A DNA stretch of 19,063 nt from Ginkgo biloba (lineage: Eukaryota; Plantae; Ginkgophyta): contig JANKJI020000004.1 in NCBI GenBank assembly GCA_024626585.2, positions 15,764,909-15,783,971 of the forward strand, in the 5' to 3' direction. This document shows positions 11,810 through 19,063 of this stretch, one piece after another (the first letter of the stretch is position 1; each line of letters begins with the position of its first letter). The notes under the pieces are model-generated. The model did not search any database and was not told the DNA's origin. It was given only the letters and a program-made list of their open reading frames with translations. Both the position numbers and the translations under genes were made by a program.

Positions 11810-12829
11810 TCAACATAGACCTATGAAGGTATTGATACATGTCATAAGAAATTCCTAATTTCTAATAGTTAGGGTTGTATTTTTTAGGTTCATCAATAAT
11901 TGCTAGAATCTTAACTATATAAGGTCGCATGCTCACTGATGGAAGACTATTTTCAAGGTGATAACATGATCTAATTATAGCTAAAGAATCTTTGCAATGT
12001 TTCCAGTAGTATACAATGTTTTCTCCATGACATATGGTAATTATCCCAAGTCTCTAATGAGTATCATCGATCTTCCTCTAAATGGTACATGTCTATAATA
12101 AGGGAATACTTCTCGGAGGCATAAGTCTATATTCATCATTGACCAGGGGCCATGAAAAATCATATCATCAATCATTACATACATAATGGGATGAAGTTCC
12201 TCTTAAAAGGTTGTTAGTTTCACTCCTTGCAAATCCTTCATGTCTCTTATGGGAATTCAAAGTTCAAAGTGTATAATCGTTGATGATACATTGGATGTAG
12301 CTATTCCCATAGGTCCGAGAAGAAGGAGCCACATTTGTAATGGGAAGGAAATAATTTCCAATGAAATCATTATTGCCTTAATAAAATAGGATTTTTCAAT
12401 CCCCTCTGTGACTTGAATTATTGACTTTAAAGGTGGTGTAGACTGTCCATGAGTATAGTGATTTATGATGATATTGAATGTAGTTTATTGTTTACTACTA
12501 AGATTTAAAATAAAAACTAGTATAAAATGAACTATGTTGTCACATTGGGATTCTATCAAGAATTAAACTACACATCATGATGTGTCAAGAGCTTCATAAT
12601 TTATTTTCCAATCATAACTATTGTTAAATTCACATCATCCTAAGACATCTAGGTCACTAAATGGGATACTCCTAGTGTTCATCAAACTAGAGATGATTTT
12701 CCATTCGTTTTAATCATGAAAGTTTTCAGTCCTATTGAATTCACCATCTTTATCATCATCATTGGAAAGTGTTTAGTCTTCCTCTATATGTTTATTATGC
12801 CAAGCATGGTACTGTGAAGTGTGTCAATT
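11810..12829 (-). mobile_element. Degenerate Pif1-family SF1B helicase (N-terminal half) with upstream acidic linker; probable Helitron-like RepHel fossil
   Basis: Minus-strand translation: LSSKQ*TTFNIIINHY..PPLKSIIQVTEGIEKSYFIKAI (Walker A 12386-12421; each deviation is one substitution from IIQGTAGTGKSY), LLLLGPMGIATSNVSSTIIH (motif Ia/Ib; cf. APTGVAAxNI..TIHS), YVMIDDMIF (Walker B 12161-12175; cf. IDEMS), IDLCLREVFP..PFRGRSMILIRDLG*LPYV (motif III 12035-12055; cf. PFGG..ILxGDxxQLPPV), VITLKIVFHQ (cf. LxxxxRQ), F*QLLMNLK. Upstream, after a frameshift: DDDKDGEF...EWKIIS...DLDVLG*CEFNNSYDW. Confidence 0.9.
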
Positions 12830-13039
12830 NNNNNNNNNNNNNNNNNNNNNNNNNNNNNNNNNNNNNNNNNNNNNNNNNNNNNNNNNNNNNNNNNNNNNNN
12901 NNNNNNNNNNNNNNNNNNNNNNNNNNNNNAGATAACTGAAAAGCTATGGTTTGGTAAACAAATACCCAATACACATTATGTTTCCAACCTAATGTCCACC
13001 TGAAAATATAGAATAAATGTTCTAAATTAATCGATGTAG

Positions 13040-13156
13040 CAAGATCAATGTAGAATGAAAAATGTTTTTACTATCGGCAAGTGAAAACCAAGATCAATTT
13101 AGAATGAAAAATATTTTTAGTATCAGCAAGTGAAAACTAGGATCAATGTAGAATGC
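13040..13156 (+). repeat. Tandem repeat, 49 bp unit, about 2.4 copies
   Basis: caagatcaatgtagaatgaaaaatgtttttactatcggcaagtgaaaac at 13040; a second copy with four substitutions at 13089; a partial third copy from 13138. Confidence 0.9.
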
Positions 13157-13654
13157 ATGTTTTAAAGTGTGACCTAGGAACTNNNNNNNNNNNNNNNNNN
13201 NNNNNNNNNNNNNNNNNNNNNTTCCAAAAGACAAAGATTAATACACAGACTTGCCTCACACAATGCACCATATAATTAGTTAGATGATTGCTCCTAAAGT
13301 GATGCCATTATAGGATATGAAGCATCCTTGAGTGTTAGAGGAAAGGAGCCTTTGGAGTGAGAAGGCTGTAACCATGGTGTATGTAGGGCTAGGGTGGTAC
13401 AAAGGATAATGAAGAAATGAATCCTTTTTGCATTTGTAATGTCTATCCCACCCATGATTGTTAATGTAAGAAAGCACCTATCAGTGCTAATTATTTCCAT
13501 TAAATGAAACCTACATCATGTATGTTATAATTAGGTAGTAAGAATCAAATGTTGTTCTTATCGCAAATTTGTGGACTTTTCCAATACTTGGTGAGAAATC
13601 TGTCTGGGTACAAGAGATGCCATCATTAGCTACAAGATCTATTAACTAGCTAGA

Positions 13655-13701
13655 AATATCTTTAGCTAATACATTATCTAGATGCATTAGCTAGAGATAT
13701 T
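13655..13701. repeat. Inverted repeat, 20 bp arms, 7 nt loop
   Basis: aatatctttagctaatacat (13655-13674) versus atgcattagctagagatatt (13682-13701): 18/20 Watson-Crick pairs, one G-U, one mismatch. Confidence 0.8.
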
Positions 13702-14494
13702 GTTGAAAGCTTGAAAAGGCTTTTATAGTATATGAATGCGGCTATATTGAATTAAAACATATCAATAATATGCTTAGTGCCATGGAAAATGACTTTGATG
13801 ACTTCGCAATAGGTCATGTGGGCAGCATTTTGACATCACTTAGTGATCAAATTTAAACACATCAATGCTCTTGAGAGGCCATGAAGGTTTCCAATTTTTA
13901 TGTTCTTTAAATGAAAAAGGCACAATTAGATTTTCTTTTCAAAAGAAAGCACCGTATGGGTATATTTTTAGATTTAAAAAAGGAAGAATCACCTCTAGTG
14001 TTGCATTTCAATATTCATATTACAAGGAAGGATCTACACTTCAAAGTTATTCCCTGGTGTATCATAAGGAACTAGATTGATCAAGTTTCATGCCCATGGT
14101 CAATGGTCATCCACTTCCAACTGAATGTCAAATTAAAGTAATCCAGACTCTCACTACATTAGGGGTAATAGTTAGGACGTATCGAAGGCTGATTTTGTAA
14201 TCCCAGAACTCTCAATAACTTTTTGAAAATTGCGATATTTCAGTGCAATATAATAGACCCATTTGCCAAAAAAAAACAAGAACAAAAAAAAAAAGGGCCT
14301 GCCAAATTACTTCTGCTGTCCACGTAACACTCAGTATTATGTTCCCTAAAGCATAATCCTCAATAAATTCAATCGGATTGTTGAATTTTCTTTGCTTTCC
14401 TAAGATATCTGGAAAATACTAAATAGATATTTTAAGATAATTATTGTGCCATTAAATTTTTAATATATGGAAATATTAAACATTTAAAAAAAGT

Positions 14495-14688
14495 GTTGGT
14501 CAAACTTTATAGGGTCTAACGATACAATAATGTGGAACAGTAACTACGTAAATAATCTGTTTCTCCTTGCAAATTTTGACCTAACATGCTCTCCATATTA
14601 AGGCAGAAAGCTGAAAGGAAATGTTTAGAGGCCACGTCAGGTGACCGAAATGATTAACTTGCTCCGAAAAAATTATTTGTAAAAACAA
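14495..14688 (+). repeat. Diverged direct duplication, copy 1 (~195 bp)
   Basis: Aligns by eye with 14938-15132: caaactttatag(g/c)gtcta(a/g)cgatacaataatgtgg(a/c)acagtaa..acgtaaata...aaattttgacc...attaaggcagaaa...cgaaatga(t/c)taa...gaaaa...caa. Confidence 0.9.
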
Positions 14689-14837
14689 TGGCATGTTCTT
14701 CCCTATTTTTTATTTACCTAATATGTCATCCACATAGTCCTTTACTATATCATGAAGCATGTCATAGAAGATAATAGTCATGGCTCTTTAATAGGTTGCC
14801 CCATAATTTTTCAATCCAAAAGGAATGACTTGGTAAC
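14689..14837 (-). mobile_element. Ty3/Gypsy (Tat/Ogre-like) reverse transcriptase fragment including the YVDD catalytic motif
   Basis: Minus frame: YQVIPFGLKNYGATY*RAMTIIFYDMLHDIVKDYVDDILGK*KNREEH; YVDD at 14725-14736; cf. MPFGLKNAGATYQRAM..IFHDM.H....YVDD. Confidence 0.92.
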
Positions 14838-14937
14838 NNNNNNNNNNNNNNNNNNNNNNNNNNNNNNNNNNNNNNNNNNNNNNNNNNNNNNNNNNNNNNN
14901 NNNNNNNNNNNNNNNNNNNNNNNNNNNNNNNNNNNNN

Positions 14938-15132
14938 GGTGGCCAAACTTTATAGCGTCTAGCGATACAATAATGTGGCACAGTAATAACGTAAATATTT
15001 TGTTTCACCTGCTATACTTGGAAATTTTGACCAAAAAGGCTTCCCGGATTAAGGCAGAAATGAAAAGTCTACAGGTCACTTTAGATAAGCGAAATGACTA
15101 ATTCTCTTTGAAAATTTAATTGAGAAAGCAAA
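14938..15132 (+). repeat. Diverged direct duplication, copy 2 (5' end cut by the spacer)
   Basis: Same alignment as copy 1, with many substitutions and small indels, so it is not a simple assembly overlap. Confidence 0.9.
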
Positions 15133-16338
15133 ACTCTTTAACTATGTTATTGAGTTTAAGAAATAAAGCTATCCCAAGAATAGTTAAATTTTCAAAATCA
15201 ATGAAATGCAGTGGGATATGCGAAACTGGCGATTACTGTAAACAATTCAACATTTCCATCAGCCGTTGAAACGAAAACATTGGTTGACATATATTAAGAC
15301 AAATTTCCATTGTTAGCATAATACATTGGTTAGCGGCTATATATTGAAGTGCAGAATGTATAATATCACTTCCTACAGTTTAAGAATCTTGCAGCCACAC
15401 TGGGACTCCACCTATCGCGTCATAATTCTTCCTTTTCACTCCTTCGCATTTATTCTCGTTCAAAGGTGCTTAGAGAGTTATCCGTAGCCATTTCAACATG
15501 CACAAAGTAATCCTTAAACTGAACGAAAGTCCGAAGAAATCTAAATAGTCAATGAGTATCATAACATAAAGAATCTAGTGAAAAAGCAATAGATTATTTT
15601 ATTTCAATTCCATTTTTATTCGTAAATTAAATATTGAGCAATTCGTATAGTTAGTCATATGAGGCTCATAAGTGTATTTTCTTTAATTTAGTTAGGGACA
15701 TTAAGCAATGGTCCTCGAAACAAACAAATGAAGTTAATTACGATTTACATTCATTCGAGTACTTCAACATCTTAAGAGGTTCTCTTCAATGATAAATCAT
15801 AGAGTTTCTAAACAAATTGTACATATTCTCATTCTCGTAATTCATTAAAACATTTTCCCACATACTTGAAGAAAGTGACAAAGAAATAAAATAACATACT
15901 TCATTTCAATAAAATACTTTTATGTCTTTTTGTTAGTGACAAGTAATGGTCAACAAAATACGAAATGGCATAATGTGACATATATATATGAGTGAGTGAG
16001 TGCATGGGGAGAATATTTTATTTTTTTTATAAAAGAGATGGTACTTTTTCTTTGTCACAAGTATATAAATTTTGTTTAAACATTTTTACTTGTAGCTTCG
16101 ACTTCATTAGAGTGAATTATTTTAAATTGTATTGTATTTGTAGCTTTGCAGTAAGTTCTGTTGAGAATACATTTCACTACTTTTAGGACTTGTTTCTACC
16201 ACTTTTCTTGCATTCAAGTGCTTTAATATCATCAATTACATAGTATAGTATTTAAATTTAATTTCCTTGAAATTATATATCACCTTCTATTTAAAAATAC
16301 CTTCTCTTCTGATAAATCACCCTAATAGTTATTTTGCA

Positions 16339-17511
16339 CACATGCATGTGCAAGAACACACTGGGATTCTTCAAATATAAACCTTTAAAATCATCGACAA
16401 GAAGTTTAATGAGATAATTTTATAGAATTAACGGGCACCCATCTGCCATGAACGAAAAAACAAAATATTAGGCGATCATAATGAGAATTAAGAAATCCAT
16501 TCTTGTCAAAATCCCAATGGTAGGACATCGATTTTGATTCATAGCTACTAATTGGACAAACGTAACTGCTAATAATATAAACATTAGGCAAGAATCAAAC
16601 TACAACAAATCCAACAAGCCTACAGTGGCAACACTTGGAGAGAAGATTGTTCATCATGCATGCGTTGTCTGGAAGGTCAAGTCTGTCATTTATATCTTAT
16701 ACATACAGATATGGAAGTAATCTTCTGTGATGTAGACTCTCAACAAAAAAAATTGGTCATACATTTATTATAAAAAACTGTCAAAGATTCCGTTTGCCAT
16801 AATTATCACCGCACATAGAGGTTTCTTGGGAAGGGCATTAATGAATGCATCCCTACACGTCAAAACAAGTCGTAGGAATAACTCAATATTGACAGATTAC
16901 AATTAGATTCCAAGATCTTGGCCCCTCCCACGGCATGGACTCGGATGAAGTCCGCCGTCGTCTTTCGTGCAGACGACATGTACTCCTAAGAGAATGTGCA
17001 CCGGCCCCAGTGCAGGCAACGAGTTTGAATATTCTAGCCGATATACCTCTTCTAGAAGTGCATGCCTGCCGAACTCAAAATAAATAATCCACGAAAGTGA
17101 AGCTTATTCCTTTTTAAATTTTTATATTCGGTCATCTATATGACCATCCTAAGTTAGATTTAAAAAAAAAAATTAGAAAAAAATGACTCTACAATTTTTG
17201 AACTTGATACATCCTTCTTATACCTTAACCATTTTACCATTAAACCACTAATTTTCCTTATGAATAAAGTAATATAACATAGCACTTATTTTAAAATAAA
17301 CACAAGAAGGTGATCTCAAAAAATGACTAAGAAAAGACTTATCTCCCTTTAAACCCTAGCACTAGGTTAAGTGAGATTTCATGTGATTGAGATTTATCAA
17401 AAAGGAGTTAAAGTTTTACTAGTATTTATGGTTTTTTAGTTTTTTTTAGGGATCACAGTTTCATATCTTATTTTCTTCCTCTCAACAACCATTCGTTGTT
17501 CTCTATAAATA
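16339..17511. promoter_or_regulatory. Candidate plant promoter region (RY, ACGT-core, HSE-like, telo-box and TATA-like motifs)
   Basis: CATGCATG at 16341-16348 and 16655-16662; ACACGTC 16855-16861; GAAnnTTC 17027-17034 and TTCnnGAA 17050-17057; AAACCCTA 17351-17358; CTATAAATA 17503-17511. CpGs are retained and no TE coding motif was found. The motifs are short and no linked CDS is visible. Confidence 0.3.
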
Positions 17512-17641
17512 TTTCTCTACCCTTCATCTATAATGATTTATNNNNNNNNNNNNNNNNNNNNNNNNNNNNNNNNNNNNNNNNNNNNNNNNNNNNNNNNNNN
17601 NNNNNNNNNNNNNNNNNNNNNNNNNNNNNNNNNNNNNNNNN

Positions 17642-18120
17642 TAGAGATGGGCCGCTGGGAGCAGAAAAGCCCTTCACGGGCTGTGTAGAACGAAGGCATT
17701 GTTCATGGCATATGAAAACACTATGGTGGAATGCTTCGAACTGCCACGGTTGATAGAAGAACCGCCTCGTAAAAGGCAAGATTGAACTGCGCTGGTGTGA
17801 TCCCCGTAGGAATGGCGATCAAGAACTGAAGAAGAATCTGAAGCGTTCAAGGCGAATCGATCGACAGATTGNNNNNNNNNNNNNNNNNNNNNNNNNNNNN
17901 NNNNNNNNNNNNNNNNNNNNNNNNNNNNNNNNNNNNNNNNNNNNNNNNGATGGTGGTTGCAGGATGGAAGGTTCGAAGGGAAGTCAGATCGGACGCTTGG
18001 TGTGGAGAAGCCAGATCGATGAGATGCCATCGATTCGTCGAGCAGGAATTCGAATCGGCGACAAATGGGTGCGGCGCGACGGTGGGCGTTTTACAAATTT
18101 TTAATAAAACATAGGGTTTT
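17642..18120 (-). promoter_or_regulatory. CpG-rich island, candidate gene 5' end/leader on the minus strand with upstream telo-box
   Basis: About 15 CpGs in 17949-18090 versus about 2 seen in the whole 2.1 kb LINE fossil. The minus strand is pyrimidine-rich like a plant 5' UTR, AAACCCTA lies on the minus strand at 18112-18119, and AT-rich sequence follows. The ORF 18030-17674 has no recognisable domain. Confidence 0.4.
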
Positions 18121-19063
18121 AAATGTTTGAAACAAATTTAATTATTTTAGAATTCTAGTTTAAATCCGCCTCTTTCAAATCCACTAGCTTTTAAGGCTTT
18201 TAATTCACAGTGACATGCGTTGAGTTTTAAATGGTGTAAATTGCATGTAAAAAAAGCATTAAGTTTTTTTATTACAAAGGGTATGCTCCCCTTGCTATGT
18301 TAGATAAATAATATTTTCAGCGTTATTTTTAAGATATCACATCAAAGATGCGTTTATTTAGCACCATTATCAAGACCACATTTTTATATGGTTTAAAGCT
18401 CTGGGGCTTGAGTTTATGACAACCAAATTAGGCAGGCATTGAGAGATTCTAGACCATTATGTTTCAACAAATTATACATTACAAATGTATAGTACCCCAA
18501 TGTATTATTTAGGCATAATTTAATGCTCATCCTCTGCAGTTGGAGACTATTTTTAGACTTACATCTTACCTTCATAGGGTAAGATGCATGGTCGATACTA
18601 TTTCTAGGAGAAATAGGTATCCCTACCTTACCCTTTGCTCTTCTCAACAGTTGGCAGCCTCTGCCTAAACTTCCCAAACAACCCATAAATATGGTTGGTA
18701 TGTTGAAGTGTCTGGAATGTTATAGACATTGGGTATCCCCATGGACCATCTTTCCCCTTTTAGGTACTCCCTCGATGTGCCTCCATGTCTCCTTCTAGAC
18801 ATGAAGGAAATGAATGAGATTATTCAGGATGATATTTATCAAAGATACATTTCGACCACTTGAATATATCGTTCCTAGTCACTTAGTTCCAAACTTTCCT
18901 TCTTTCACAACATTGTCTCATTATCTCAAATGGTCTTATCATTCCCCTATACTATCTCTATTATCATTGGTCCCGCGATTTAAGGTTTCCCCTAGGAAAA
19001 CTTTGGGTTGGTTCACACCAACTTAGGGTTGAGGCAGAACACCATATTCTAGGAGACCAACAA

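Larger units (their letters stand above)
2151..17641. other. Assembly structure: ten 100-N spacers separating short scaffolds
   Basis: Exactly 100 N at 2151-2250, 3505-3604, 6418-6517, 7745-7844, 8871-8970, 9975-10074, 11368-11467, 12830-12929, 14838-14937 and 17542-17641. Irregular gaps of 62, 32, 35, 469, 34, 39 and 77 N lie within pieces. Confidence 0.95.

Noticed and set aside
11760-12040. Plus-strand GHFNKIFILPKVQ*K resembling Gypsy RT GYNQI..P.DQ.K
   Set aside because: No PFGL or YVDD follows, and the opposite strand gives a far better, multi-motif Pif1 match.
13040-13156. 49 bp repeat as a CRISPR array
   Set aside because: Head-to-tail copies with no unique spacers, no cas genes, eukaryotic context.
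16925-16977. TCCCAC as an snRNA upstream sequence element, and CGGATGA...GAAA-like bits as a hammerhead core
   Set aside because: The USE match is incomplete (no ATCG) with no TATA at the expected spacing; the hammerhead CUGANGA/GAAA core and three-stem geometry are not satisfied.
17351-17358. AAACCCTA as telomerase RNA template or telomeric array
   Set aside because: Single unit in AT-rich sequence without a Pol III promoter or surrounding conserved structure; at most a telo-box.
18414-19026. ORFs of 90 aa (-) and 70 aa (+) at the right end
   Set aside because: No recognisable domain, surrounding frames are stop-rich, and composition suggests a decayed repeat; family not assignable by eye.

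Overview
AT-rich eukaryotic DNA, almost certainly a large-genome land plant (the transposon fossils most resemble gymnosperm families; this is inference from motif style, not a search). The window is not one contiguous locus: it is 11 short pieces (complete ones 1.0-2.8 kb) joined by ten exactly-100-N spacers, plus seven irregular internal N gaps. No intact gene is supportable, and the supplied ORFs are chance ORFs or N-read-through artefacts. Reading through stops and frameshifts reveals heavily deaminated transposon fossils: a LINE (L1-clade) ORF2 RT region (1-2150, +), a PPT/LTR junction (2251-2881, -), a Ty3/Gypsy Tat-type RT-RNaseH-INT linker (3605-4620, +), a possible LINE ORF1 (8140-8680, +), an ~270-codon decayed ORF of unknown function, probably a retrotransposon accessory ORF (10561-11365, -), a Pif1-family helicase fossil of a non-canonical Helitron-like type (11810-12829, -), and a short Gypsy RT YVDD fragment (14689-14837, -). 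The right third (about 14170-18230) retains CpGs and looks regulatory or genic, with a ~195 bp diverged duplication, a hairpin-dense GC-rich island (16910-17115) and a CpG island with a telo-box (17642-18120). The best leads are the Pif1/Helitron-like fossil, the orphan accessory ORF and the structured GC-rich island. I cannot claim a new intact system from this sequence.
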